A stretch of DNA of 64,000 bases from Candidatus Sungiibacteriota bacterium (GTDB taxonomy: Bacteria > Patescibacteriota > Minisyncoccia > Sungbacterales > HO2-52-23). Shown here piece by piece: positions 25,162 through 34,500 of the stretch. The notes below the pieces were generated by a model, which saw only the letters and a list, made by a program, of their open reading frames with translations, was not told the origin of the DNA and did no database searches. A program made the position numbers and the translations under genes. How positions within the stretch are numbered: position 1 is the first letter of the stretch; each line of letters opens with the position of its first letter. The stretch covers positions 60,342 to 124,341 of the forward strand of contig JACPBG010000002.1 in the NCBI GenBank assembly GCA_016180435.1, read 5' to 3'.

Positions 25162-25812
25162 ATGATAATAAAAAAATTTTTACATTCCTGTATTTTACTT
25201 GAGGAACAAGGGCGAAGACTCCTTATTGACCCCGGTGATATGTCGTTTTTCGAGAAGAAAATATCACCCGAAGATATCGGTGGGGCGGATGTTATAGTTT
25301 TTACTCATAGGCATAGTGACCATTTAGATCTAGACATATTAAAAAAATTTTTAAGTTTGAAACAAGCTAAAATTTTGGCTCATGAAGAAATTGGTAAAAA
25401 ACTAAAGGAGTCGGATATTCCATACACATCGATATCTGCGGGTGAGACGAAAATAGTTGAAGGATTTACTATCGAAACAATTGAGGCGCCGCATGGACAT
25501 GGTTTAAGTGTGCCCTCGCCGTATAATCTCGGCTTTAAAATAGACAATGCATTTTTTCATCCCGGCGACTGTGTCTCGTTAGAAAACATTGAAACTAAAG
25601 TTTTGGCACTTCCCGTTATGGGTTCTTGGATGCGTTTTCCGGAGGCAGTATTATTTGCTAAACGAGTAAAGCCACAGTATGTAATTCCTATTCATGATGC
25701 ACTTATTGGGGACGTATTCATTGATAGGGTTTACGACTATTATCGAGGGCCATTAGAAAAAGACGGCATTTCCTTTTATCAGCTTGGATTAGATAATTCG
25801 CTTGAGATATAA
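25162..25812 (+). CDS. MBL-fold metallo-hydrolase
   Basis: HxHxDH motif (THRHSDHLD), with downstream His/Asp ligand positions. Confidence 0.75.
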   Translation: MIIKKFLHSCILLEEQGRRLLIDPGDMSFFEKKISPEDIGGADVIVFTHRHSDHLDLDILKKFLSLKQAKILAHEEIGKKLKESDIPYTSISAGETKIVEGFTIETIEAPHGHGLSVPSPYNLGFKIDNAFFHPGDCVSLENIETKVLALPVMGSWMRFPEAVLFAKRVKPQYVIPIHDALIGDVFIDRVYDYYRGPLEKDGISFYQLGLDNSLEI

Positions 25813-25909
25813 CCCCATGTCGCTAACATTAAATTGAATACTTGGAGAAAAGAATGGTTTGCTGAAGACAGCCGTCTTCGGTGGGTAGTATTAAAATATT
25901 TTAAATTTT

Positions 25910-26302
25910 ATGTCGCGTGAAGGATTACAACCAATTGTTCCGGAATCCAATCCGGCGGTTAAGAAATTAAGCCCGCATGAGATAAGTGCGCAAAAAGTGC
26001 GTAAAGAATTTAATGAGAACGTGCAAGATGTTTTACCGCTGGTTAAACGTGCGCACTCTTTGAAAGAGCTTTGGCAAGCAGTTGATACCATAGAAAAATG
26101 GAGGAGTGACGTAGATCTTGCCAAAGATCAGGGCCAAGATATACCAGATCCGCGCGAGGACGAACAAGTAATGAAAGAATATTTGCTTCGATATACGTCA
26201 GGACCGCATCGGGATATTTCTCCGATTTTTAAAGAAGGAAGAAATATATTAAAAGACGAAGTCGCGAAAAAAATTAAAGAACTGGGATTATCTGAGAAAT
26301 AG
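25910..26302 (+). CDS. hypothetical protein
   Basis: 130-aa ORF. I recognise no motif. Confidence 0.4.
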   Translation: MSREGLQPIVPESNPAVKKLSPHEISAQKVRKEFNENVQDVLPLVKRAHSLKELWQAVDTIEKWRSDVDLAKDQGQDIPDPREDEQVMKEYLLRYTSGPHRDISPIFKEGRNILKDEVAKKIKELGLSEK

Positions 26303-26322
26303 TCAAAGAATTCCTCAATTTT

Positions 26323-26703
26323 ATGTCTGGAGGAAATCCATTTAAAGGATTAAAACTTAAACCAGCGCAGGAGAAAGAAGAAGTTAAAGAACAACCGGCT
26401 CCGGCGCCGCGGATTATCACCAAGCCAAAAAAATATTTGGAATCCGTGGGCATTACTGATTATACCTACGAAGAAAAAGCGGACGGAGTGCATTTTTATA
26501 TTAAGTTGTCCCCGGAAGACATGGAGGAAAAAATAAAACAAGCTCGATATGTTATTAATGCGCCGCCGTTAACTCCATTTCAAAGAGAAAAGTTGTTGCC
26601 ATTTGTAAAATTGATGAAACAGGATAGGAAGCTTGATTGTAAAGTTTTAGACGGAAATGCGTCCCGTCCCAATTTATTGGAGGTAGTTGTCTTTAAAAAG
26701 TAA
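26323..26703 (+). CDS. hypothetical protein
   Basis: 126-aa ORF. I recognise no motif. Confidence 0.4.
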   Translation: MSGGNPFKGLKLKPAQEKEEVKEQPAPAPRIITKPKKYLESVGITDYTYEEKADGVHFYIKLSPEDMEEKIKQARYVINAPPLTPFQREKLLPFVKLMKQDRKLDCKVLDGNASRPNLLEVVVFKK

Positions 26704-26760
26704 ACCACCCGACTGGATGTCGGGCGGCGATATGATGGGAAAGGATGGCGGGTTTTGTGA

Positions 26761-27153
26761 TCACGAGGCGGTGATATTTAGAAAAAATCCGTCGGGATGA
26801 TGCGTGATAGAAAGACCCGGGCCAGTGGTGCGAAGGAAAAGGTTTCCTTCAAGATCGGGATTCTCGGCAAACGTTTTACGCGTTTTCCGTTCAAGCACTG
26901 GCAACCTGCATAGGTCTGGAATATCCAGGCCGGTAGCGCCATCTATCACGCTTAGATAGAAATCCGCACCATCCCTTTCTATCCGTATGTTCGCATCTCC
27001 ATCGGTAAAAATAGTGACTGCGTCTATACCTATTGTAGGAGAGAGCACGCGATGGAGTGATGTTGCGACCGCATCCGTTCCTCCCATCAAAACCAGTTGT
27101 CCGTCCTCGTCCTTAAACTGGGATAATATAGCCCTGAGATTTGTGAGATCCAT
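26761..27153 (-). CDS. hypothetical protein, paralog of 31390-31875
   Basis: ATG at 27153 follows AGGAGG. A consensus promoter lies upstream and a terminator downstream. It shares the motif TDGDAxIxIxR..FYxxVxD with the other paralog. Confidence 0.55.
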   Translation of the reverse strand: MDLTNLRAILSQFKDEDGQLVLMGGTDAVATSLHRVLSPTIGIDAVTIFTDGDANIRIERDGADFYLSVIDGATGLDIPDLCRLPVLERKTRKTFAENPDLEGNLFLRTTGPGLSITHHPDGFFLNITAS

Positions 27154-27186
27154 ATGTAAAAGTCCTCCTCTGACTAAGATACCCAA

Positions 27187-27215
27187 ATTATACTATAATA
27201 GTATTTAAAAGTCAA
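27187..27215 (-). promoter_or_regulatory. near-consensus sigma-70 promoter for 26761-27153
   Basis: Minus strand: TTGACT (27215-27210), 17 nt, TATAAT (27192-27187). It abuts the holB GTG start. Confidence 0.7.
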
Positions 27216-28199
27216 GTGATTATCGGGCACGAACGGCAAATTGAATATCTGGAAAAAATCATAAGACGCGGGCGCATGTCCCACGCCTATTTATTTTTTG
27301 GTCCGGAACATGTAGGAAAATTCGCATTAGCCAAGGAAATTGCGCGTGTTTTAATGTGCCCGAATAAGAATAAGATCGGCGATGCCGGAGACGGATGCGC
27401 GGATTGCCGTCAAATTGAACAGGATATTCATCCCGGCGTAATAATTCTTGATATTGAACACACTCTTGTCTCCAAGAAAGAAATTCGTAAAGACATTCCG
27501 ATTGAAGATATACGGGAACTGAAACGCCGATTTTCTTTTGCTCCGGAGCAAGGAAAGTGGCGGATCGCTATAATTAATGAAGCGGAGAAATTAAGTGCCG
27601 AGGCCGCCAATGCGTTTTTGAAATTATTGGAAGAGCCGGGAGCGCGGACTCTTTTTTTGCTGGTAAGTTCGACGTATGATTCGGTTTTGCCGACCATTGT
27701 TTCGCGCGCCGAGCCGCTTAGATTTTCTTTGGTGTCAGATGCGATTTTGCGTGAATTTTTAGAACAAAAAAAGATAAGTCAAGATCAACGGGAATCTATT
27801 TTGAAACTTGCGGCCGGGCGCTCCGGGATTGCCATAAGATCCGTCGAGGATCCGTCTTATTTCATAAAACAGAAAAAAATACGGGATGAAATTGAATCAA
27901 TCCTCTCGTGCAAAGATATTCCGTCGGCTCTGGCCCTTACCGAGCGGGTTGCCAAAGACAAGGAGATGTTGAAAACCGCGGCTGATTTTTTGATCCGTTC
28001 ATTGCGCGATAACATCATCGCAACCATTCTGGAGTCCAAGACGTATCATACCAAAGTGGGACGGCTTAAAGAGATCCACCGCATTCTTTCCATAATAGAG
28101 TCCACCAACGTCAATCCGCGTCTGGCTATGGATGTGATGTTGATGGAGGCGTTAACCACTAACAGCACGAACAGCTTTGTCTATGGGTTTAGGTTGTAG
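27216..28199 (+). CDS. holB: DNA polymerase III subunit delta'
   Basis: HAYLFFGPEHVGK, a Zn-module-like CPNK..C..C, and SRAEPLRF. The last ~14 codons and the stop lie inside a repeat element. Confidence 0.8.
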   Translation: MIIGHERQIEYLEKIIRRGRMSHAYLFFGPEHVGKFALAKEIARVLMCPNKNKIGDAGDGCADCRQIEQDIHPGVIILDIEHTLVSKKEIRKDIPIEDIRELKRRFSFAPEQGKWRIAIINEAEKLSAEAANAFLKLLEEPGARTLFLLVSSTYDSVLPTIVSRAEPLRFSLVSDAILREFLEQKKISQDQRESILKLAAGRSGIAIRSVEDPSYFIKQKKIRDEIESILSCKDIPSALALTERVAKDKEMLKTAADFLIRSLRDNIIATILESKTYHTKVGRLKEIHRILSIIESTNVNPRLAMDVMLMEALTTNSTNSFVYGFRL

Positions 28200-28274
28200 A
28201 TGCCGGTATGGCGGGAGGGTTTTAGGCATAAGGCCCTAAAACTAATACCCTAAAACCGGACCGGCTTCTAAAAC
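28157..28274 (+). repeat. R6 element, copy 1, overlapping the holB 3' end
   Basis: cactaacagcacgaacag...gggtttaggttgtagatgcc...gggttttaggcataaggccctaaaac...cttctaaaac. An inverted copy lies at 43143-43264. Confidence 0.85.
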
Positions 28275-28292
28275 ATACACCTCATAACAGTT

Positions 28293-29543
28293 TTGTTGGT
28301 GTTGTTTGCGAAATTGAGAATTTTACTTGCTATTTTAGTTGTTATACTTGTAATTGTCGTTGTCTTCCCGTTTGTTTTGAATATGGCAGGTTTATCTGCG
28401 CCGCAGTTTGCTTTCGTAGGAGATGCGGCAAGCGAACGCGCCGGTGAAGCCGGCATATGGCGTTCGGAAAACGGCGGCATATCCTGGAAAGAAATAAGAT
28501 TTCAAACCGGAGGCAACCCATTGCCGTTATCCATCCATGATTTGACGTTCCATCCCCATTATCGCGATACAGTATTGATGGGAACGCGGGGAAATGGACT
28601 TTGGAAAAGCGATAATAACGGCATGTCATGGAAAAGAATCAATGACCGCGCGGGTATTTTGCAAAATAATGCGGATATTTACGGGGCGGCAGTAAGTCCG
28701 GCAAGCCCCGCGGTTTGGTATGTGGCTGCATATCAAAACGGCCGCGGGGAAGTATTGAAGAGTTTGGACGGCGGATCAAGTTTTGCAAAGATATATCATT
28801 TAAACGGGGGCGGAATTCCGATTGTCGGCCTATTCGCATATGCCGATAATTCTGAGCGGGTTCTTATTGCTACGGCCAATGGCGGTTTTTTGCAGACAAG
28901 CGACGGAGGCGCAAGTTGGGGATCCGTTTCATGGAGTTCCGGAAATATTACAGCCATACGCGTGAACCCGGCAAACCCGGACGAAATAATTATTTGGATA
29001 GCCGGAGGTAAAATAATGCGCTCGCAAGATGGCGGCCTGACTTGGCGTAGTGTTAATTCACCGGACCGGGGCGAAACTTCCGGGATGTTTTCGTATAATG
29101 GTCCGCGCGTGGGACAAGAATCCGCCGGTTTGAGTACTGATTCCTTGCCGCCGGATAATTCATCCAAGCCGGGTTTTCAATTTGATCTTGGAGCGATTTT
29201 TTCACCCTTGAATAAGGGATCCGATGATTTTATAATAAGTCCATCGGATAGGAGAGCGCGTTATTTAAAATCCGGAAGTAATATTTATCGTTCGGGAGAC
29301 GGCGGCGGCTCATGGAATCCGGTCCACACCTCGCTTTCTCCGCGTACGCGTTTGGATGCGGTTGCCGTTGATCCGTTCAATGCTGATAATGTTTTTTTTA
29401 CAGCGTCCGGGGAATTTCATAAGAGTACGGATGGCGGCGCTACGTGGGAAATGCGCGATTTGCCGCCCAATATGAAGGGAAGAATTAGAATATTACGGAT
29501 AAGTACGCATAATCCAGAGATAATGTTTGCGGTGACACAATAA
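28293..29543 (+). CDS. membrane-anchored BNR/Asp-box repeat protein (beta-propeller-like)
   Basis: N-terminal TM helix plus at least 7 SxDxGxxW-type boxes (SENGGISW, SDNNGMSW, SLDGGSSF, TSDGGASW, SQDGGLTW, SGDGGGSW, STDGGATW). The start codon is uncertain. Confidence 0.7.
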   Translation: MLVLFAKLRILLAILVVILVIVVVFPFVLNMAGLSAPQFAFVGDAASERAGEAGIWRSENGGISWKEIRFQTGGNPLPLSIHDLTFHPHYRDTVLMGTRGNGLWKSDNNGMSWKRINDRAGILQNNADIYGAAVSPASPAVWYVAAYQNGRGEVLKSLDGGSSFAKIYHLNGGGIPIVGLFAYADNSERVLIATANGGFLQTSDGGASWGSVSWSSGNITAIRVNPANPDEIIIWIAGGKIMRSQDGGLTWRSVNSPDRGETSGMFSYNGPRVGQESAGLSTDSLPPDNSSKPGFQFDLGAIFSPLNKGSDDFIISPSDRRARYLKSGSNIYRSGDGGGSWNPVHTSLSPRTRLDAVAVDPFNADNVFFTASGEFHKSTDGGATWEMRDLPPNMKGRIRILRISTHNPEIMFAVTQ

Positions 29544-29545
29544 AA

Positions 29546-29671
29546 GCAGTGATGCCAATCCTATGCGAATTTAATGCCAAGCTGGCGAATTGCGAATAAT
29601 TATTAGCATAATTAGCAATTTGTAGATTAGCATAAGATTTGTAGATTTGCATCATTGCGGTGCGAAGCACA
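29546..29671. repeat. R4 palindromic element plus GCGAAGC mini-hairpin, directly upstream of frr
   Basis: Near-identical to 12955-13074. It ends ...catcattgcggtGCGAAGCaca-ATG. Confidence 0.85.
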
Positions 29672-30214
29672 ATGCTGGAGTTTAAAGTAAAACTTGAAAA
29701 AATAATTGAGCATCTCAAAACCGAGATCGCGTCTTTGCGCACCGGACGGGCAAGTCCGGCGCTGGTGGAGGATTTGGAAGTGGATTATTACGGCGCCAAG
29801 ACCCCGTTAAAAGCCGTGGCAGCAATTTCCTCTCCCGATGCTCGCCAGATTTTAATTCAGCCCTGGGATAAAAATGCGGTTCAGCCCATTGAGCGCGCGA
29901 TTCAGTCCTCGTCACTCGGGTTAAATCCTATTACGGATAAGGATTCCATCCGCCTTTCAATTCCTTCGCTTACCGAGGAGCGCAGAAGAGAGCTCACCAA
30001 AATTTTGGGGAAACACCTGGAAGAAGCGCGGATTGCGGTGCGGCGCGATCGGGAAGAAATGTTGAGAGAAATTGATAAACAGGAGAAAGACAAAAAAATT
30101 TCTGAAGATGAAAAATTCAGGCAGAAGCATGAAGCGCAGAAGATAATTGATGAGATAAATAAAAAAATAGAGGATATGGGGAAGGCGAAAGAGAAGGAGA
30201 TTATGACGGTATGA
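29672..30214 (+). CDS. frr: ribosome recycling factor
   Basis: LRTGRASPALVEDLEVDYYG, LGLNPITDKDSIRLSIPSLTEERRREL and RRDREEM. ATG at 29672. Confidence 0.9.
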   Translation: MLEFKVKLEKIIEHLKTEIASLRTGRASPALVEDLEVDYYGAKTPLKAVAAISSPDARQILIQPWDKNAVQPIERAIQSSSLGLNPITDKDSIRLSIPSLTEERRRELTKILGKHLEEARIAVRRDREEMLREIDKQEKDKKISEDEKFRQKHEAQKIIDEINKKIEDMGKAKEKEIMTV

Positions 30215-30229
30215 TGTATTTGCTTAGAT

Positions 30230-30410
30230 ATTTCAATTTTCAAACACGATTTGCTCGGAAACTACTTTTAAAAAACTTCGCGCCGACCCACCGTGTCGGC
30301 GCTCATCACGGGTCGGCCTCACTCGTTTCGCTTCGCTCAACACCGTGGCCGTTCGGCCTCCCAGTGTTTTTAAAAGCAGTTTTCCTCGCCTGCTGTATTG
30401 TTTCAGTTAA
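30230..30410 (+). repeat. R3-related element, expanded variant (after frr)
   Basis: Outer stem TTTTCAAACAC/GTGTTTTTAAAA, P2 stem GCGCCGAC/GTCGGCGC, core GGGTCGGCC...GGCCTCCCAGTG. Confidence 0.6.
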
Positions 30411-30532
30411 TTTTATTCAAGGGAGGTAGATGGGTTTGCTGAATGTAGCCGCCTGCGGCTTGTTTGTAATATTCAATAAATTATGATATTATATTTAGGT
30501 TGCCGCTATATGGGCGCAAAAGAGGAGGTTCT

Positions 30533-30961
30533 ATGTTAGGAACCGTATTTCTGCTTTTGGCTATTTATCAGATTAAGCACTTTCTTGCCGATTTCCCTTT
30601 ACAAACGGAATATATGTTGGGCAAATTTAAGGATGGCTGGGGGTTTCTGCCGCCTCTCTTGGCACATGCAGGCGTTCACGCGGTCTTTACCATAATTATC
30701 GTGGCATACTTTAGTGGATCATTATATTTGGCGTTCGCGTTGGGGGTATTTGACTTTGTCATACACTTTTTTATGGATAGAATCAAAGCCGGCGGTAAAT
30801 ATCTTGGCCGATATAAAGCGCTTACTGCCAAAGAATATATATTGGCAACTCCAAAACAAAAGCAACATAACAAATTCTTCTGGTGGTCATTGGGTTTGGA
30901 TCAAATGGTTCACCACTTTACACATTACACGATAATTGTTTGTATAATCACATTGCCATAA
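30533..30961 (+). CDS. small multi-pass membrane protein (DUF3307-like)
   Basis: ATG at 30533 follows GGAGG. The sequence shows QIKHFLADFPLQ and IHFFMDRIK. Confidence 0.5.
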   Translation: MLGTVFLLLAIYQIKHFLADFPLQTEYMLGKFKDGWGFLPPLLAHAGVHAVFTIIIVAYFSGSLYLAFALGVFDFVIHFFMDRIKAGGKYLGRYKALTAKEYILATPKQKQHNKFFWWSLGLDQMVHHFTHYTIIVCIITLP

Positions 30962-31004
30962 GCAATATGGTTTCTATTTTTTGTGTCGAATCAGATTCGG
31001 CACA

Positions 31005-31196
31005 TTTCATTTTAAAACACGTTCGGTTCGTTCAGCGACGAACCTCACTAAGCATCCGGCGATTCGCCGAGCACTCAATTTATCCCAAAATAGTTCCCGA
31101 GCCAGTCGAGGGACTACCTTTAGGGAAGTAAGTGTTGTAACAATAGGTTGAGTGTTCGGACCATGCCGAATCGCTTTCTGATTGTTTTAAAATCAT
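31005..31196 (+). repeat. degenerate R3-like element with an internal insert
   Basis: Outer stem TTTTAAAACAC/..TTGTTTTAAAA and a CTAAG box. The internal segment aaaatagttcccgag..gggactacc is also seen at 25124-25158. Confidence 0.45.
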
Positions 31197-31389
31197 ATTG
31201 CCTCAGACCGCATCGCTCGCTTAAAATTTTTACTCAATGAAGAAAAAAGGGGGTTTGCTGAATGTAGCCGCCTGCTTGTCTATCCGAAGTCGAAAGGCAT
31301 AGGAGGGCGGCGGCCTCTTATATAAAAATTCCACCCGACTGGATGCCGGGTGGCACATATTGATTGCGGCGGCGGAGGCGGGGAAACTA

Positions 31390-31875
31390 TTACTTCCAAG
31401 ACACGCTTGCGTTACAGCCGTAGCCAATCGCGCAACTGTAGGCCATCGCGGTTTTTGTATGGCTGAGAGAAATACTGTAATCTCTGGTGGCAAGTAGAAG
31501 AGAAATACCACGATCGTTAAGGAAGATTTTGAATGCATTCTCGACGTCCTCTGCTCCGCCTATATATGATTCTTTAAACGGGTGCTGTGTGCGGGCCGTA
31601 GAAATAACAGGCGGTTGGTCAAGGGGGAATATAGATTTTCCGTCTTCCTTGTTATCCACGGTTACATAGAAGAGCTCATCATCCCTGCGGATGATAGTGA
31701 TGTCGGCATCGCCATCCGTTACTAACTTTATTTTTGGCCTACGGAATCTGTTGTCGAGGAATTGCCTCAATTCCATCTGGCAGTTACCCCCAAATTGTGT
31801 CGGTTGATGACTGTTGTCACTGGTTATGGCCTCCAAAACGCGCATATTATTCAATCGCATGGCATCTAAATTCAT
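31390..31875 (-). CDS. hypothetical protein, paralog of 26761-27153
   Basis: AGGAGG lies 7 nt upstream of the ATG. It contains VTDGDADITIIRRDDELFYVTVDN and shares a near-identical terminator hairpin with its paralog. Confidence 0.55.
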   Translation of the reverse strand: MNLDAMRLNNMRVLEAITSDNSHQPTQFGGNCQMELRQFLDNRFRRPKIKLVTDGDADITIIRRDDELFYVTVDNKEDGKSIFPLDQPPVISTARTQHPFKESYIGGAEDVENAFKIFLNDRGISLLLATRDYSISLSHTKTAMAYSCAIGYGCNASVSWK

Positions 31876-31925
31876 AAAAGAACCTCCTAAATTTGATTAC
31901 ATCATCATAACAAATTTTAAATCAA

Positions 31926-32666
31926 ATGTCAATAGTTCGGAAAAAACAGCGGTTGGAGGAGATACTTATAGAAAAAGGATTGGCAACGGATAAAAAAGAG
32001 GCGTTTATTATGGTTACCGAAGGGAACGTGTTGGTGGACGGCGTTAAAATGGTTTCTCCGGCGCAGATGGTGAAGCCGGATGCGGAAATTAAAATTCGCG
32101 GCCATTTGCAATACGTGGGAAGGGGAGCGCTGAAACTTGCAGGCGCGCTGGAAAAATTCGGGAAAGACGTTTCCGGTAAAATTTGTGCGGACATCGGGTC
32201 GGCCACCGGAGGATTTACGGAGGTTTTGCTGCAGCATGGAGCAAAAAATGTCTATGCCATTGATACTGCCCAGGGAAAACTTGCGCCGAAACTTCGGGAT
32301 GATCCGCGTGTTTTCGTAATGGAGGGAATGGATGTGCGCGACATAAAAGAATTGCCTGAAAAAATTGATATCGCTGTAATAGATATATCGCTTATTCCGC
32401 TTGAAGGTATTTTGCCGTCAATCAAGAAATTTCTAAAGGAAGGCGGAGAAGTGATTGCGCTTTTCAAGCCGCAATATCAGACCCGCAACCCGAAATTATT
32501 GCGTCACGGTATCATAAAGGATGATGCGGCGCGGCAAGGGCTGCTGGATGATTTTGTCGTATGGGCAAAAGACAGCGGATGGGATATAATTGGACAAATG
32601 GTGTCGCCGATTAAAGGAGGAGAAGGAAATACGGAATTTTTGCTTCACCTAAAGCAAAAATTATAG
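31926..32666 (+). CDS. tlyA: TlyA-family rRNA 2'-O-methyltransferase
   Basis: An S4-like N-terminus (RLEEILIEKGLATDKKEAFIMVTEGNVLVDG) and a SAM-binding DIGSATGGFTEVLLQHGA. Confidence 0.85.
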   Translation: MSIVRKKQRLEEILIEKGLATDKKEAFIMVTEGNVLVDGVKMVSPAQMVKPDAEIKIRGHLQYVGRGALKLAGALEKFGKDVSGKICADIGSATGGFTEVLLQHGAKNVYAIDTAQGKLAPKLRDDPRVFVMEGMDVRDIKELPEKIDIAVIDISLIPLEGILPSIKKFLKEGGEVIALFKPQYQTRNPKLLRHGIIKDDAARQGLLDDFVVWAKDSGWDIIGQMVSPIKGGEGNTEFLLHLKQKL

Positions 32667-32738
32667 AATATTTAATTGCTCTAATTATTTTACTTGACCT
32701 GATAATTTTAAATTTTATGATTCTTAAAAACAATTTAT

Positions 32739-33056
32739 ATGCCTAAAGAAAATAAATTCAACAAGCCTTCAGAAGAAATCTTTCCCCGGCCTGAGAAGAA
32801 AGTGGTTTTTCTTATGAAACTAAGAAAAGAACTAAAAGTGTTTAGTGATTCGGTATTAGTAATCGATATGGCGAAATATAACGAAGAAAATAACCCACAC
32901 GGGGAAAGAGCAGACATAGCTGTATTGGTAAAGAAAAATCTTAAAGATGTAAAAGATTATCTTGAGGGCGAAGCTGGATTTAAAATAATAAGGGAAGGCC
33001 CAAGCCCAATATTTAGTAAAGATGATACTGCGTTTTGGCTCAAGATAACCGATTGA
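32739..33056 (+). CDS. hypothetical protein
   Basis: 105-aa ORF with AT-rich codons. I recognise no motif. Confidence 0.4.
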   Translation: MPKENKFNKPSEEIFPRPEKKVVFLMKLRKELKVFSDSVLVIDMAKYNEENNPHGERADIAVLVKKNLKDVKDYLEGEAGFKIIREGPSPIFSKDDTAFWLKITD

Positions 33057-33095
33057 AGTGCCGTATGGGCGGCTTCTATTTTAGTCGAAGTAATT

Positions 33096-34166
33096 ATGAT
33101 TACACTTATTCTTATTATTGTCGTAATTAGTATCCTCATTTTGGTCCACGAATGGGGTCATTTTTATTCGGCGCGGCGCCTGGGCATTAAAGTCGAGGAA
33201 TTCGGATTCGGGTTTCCGCCCAAAGTTTTTTCCCGTGTTAAAAACGGCATTACTTATTCTTTCAATCTTCTGCCTTTCGGCGGTTTCGTAAGGATTTTCG
33301 GGGAACACGGAGAAGGCGAAGGAGAAACGGATAGTTTTATTTCCCGCCCGCCCTGGCAAAGATTCATTATTCTGGGCGCGGGAGTATTTATGAATTTGGT
33401 GCTTGCCTGGGTATTTTTTAGCGCAGGCAGCGTTGCCGGGGTTCCGCGTCTTAGCGATGATGAAAATTTATCCGGCGTACCCGTGTCTATTATAGGGGTT
33501 ATGCCCGATTCTCCGGCTATGCAGGCCGGCATAAGATTTGGGGATGCGATTTTTGAACTGCGCTCGCGTGATATCTCGCTTCGGGTTGAGACGGAGGATG
33601 ATGTGCGGGATTTTGTTGCGGCATATCGCGGCGAGGAAATAACCATGGTACTTAAGCGGGGGAGCGAAATCCGCGAGGTATTTCTTAGGCCGAGGGTAAA
33701 TGTTCCGGAGGGAGAGGGGCCAATCGGAGTGGCGCTGGGCAGGATTGAATTTATAAAGACATCTTGGTATCTGGCGCCGATTGAAGGCGGGAGGGTTTTG
33801 GTCAGGACAGTGAGCGCGACTGTATCGGGTTTTTGGGAATTAATCAGGGAGCTTGCGGTATCCGGCCGGGCTCCGGTTGCGGTTTCGGGTCCGGTTGGGA
33901 TTTTTTTTGTGGCTGATGATACGCGCTCGCTCGGTGTTACTTACTTTCTGCAATTTATCGGGATTTTGTCGGTGAATTTGGCGATTTTGAATTTTTTGCC
34001 TATTCCGGCGCTGGATGGAGGCAGGGTGCTGTTTTTGGTGATAGAAAAAATAAAAGGCAGCCGCGTGGATCCCCGTGTTGAGAATATGATCCATGCCGCG
34101 GGATTTGTGCTTTTGGTGGTTCTTATGATTTTGGTGACGTATCGGGATGTTGTAAAGATTTTGTGA
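33096..34166 (+). CDS. rseP: site-2 (M50) zinc metalloprotease RseP-like
   Basis: HEWGHF (HExxH), a central PDZ-like segment and NFLPIPALDGG. Confidence 0.85.
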   Translation: MITLILIIVVISILILVHEWGHFYSARRLGIKVEEFGFGFPPKVFSRVKNGITYSFNLLPFGGFVRIFGEHGEGEGETDSFISRPPWQRFIILGAGVFMNLVLAWVFFSAGSVAGVPRLSDDENLSGVPVSIIGVMPDSPAMQAGIRFGDAIFELRSRDISLRVETEDDVRDFVAAYRGEEITMVLKRGSEIREVFLRPRVNVPEGEGPIGVALGRIEFIKTSWYLAPIEGGRVLVRTVSATVSGFWELIRELAVSGRAPVAVSGPVGIFFVADDTRSLGVTYFLQFIGILSVNLAILNFLPIPALDGGRVLFLVIEKIKGSRVDPRVENMIHAAGFVLLVVLMILVTYRDVVKIL

Positions 34167-34194
34167 TGGGAAAAATTGTATTTTGCTCGGCAAC

Positions 34195-34400
34195 ATTATT
34201 TTGAAACATTTTTATTCGCCCTGCAGCCATAAATTTTCCAGAACTCCTATTCGGACAAAAATAATCGCTTCATACCCCGCATTTTTTAACGGGCTTCGGC
34301 CGCTCCGGCGGCGGCCTGCAGGGTCGGCGACTCGCTCATGCGTAATCATACCGAACCTACGTTAATGGAAAATTTCCGGCAAACAGGGCTCGCTTTATTT
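34195..34400 (+). repeat. degenerate R3-like element (after rseP)
   Basis: It contains GGCCGCTCCGGCGGCGGCC-TGCAGGGTCGGCGA, matching the P2 stem and core of R3. Confidence 0.4.
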
Positions 34401-34467
34401 GATTTTTAGAATCAAATTGTCTCGTTGTAATTTTTCCTCATTGTGGAGTAGGGAGTTTGCTGAATGT

Positions 34468-34490
34468 AGCCGCGTTGCGCGGCTTTTTTA
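34468..34490 (+). terminator. Rho-independent terminator at the end of the GTTTGCTGAATGTAGCCGC box
   Basis: AGCCGCG-ttg-CGCGGCT, followed by TTTTTTA. Confidence 0.65.
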
Positions 34491-34500
34491 TTGATTTTTA

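Noticed and set aside
30421-30480. A conserved micro-peptide encoded through the GGTTTGCTGAATGTAGCCGC box (for example MGLLNVAACGLFVIFNKL, lipobox-like VAAC).
   Set aside because: The three box copies have different or missing start codons and different downstream frames and stops. The hydrophobic segment is too short for a signal peptide.
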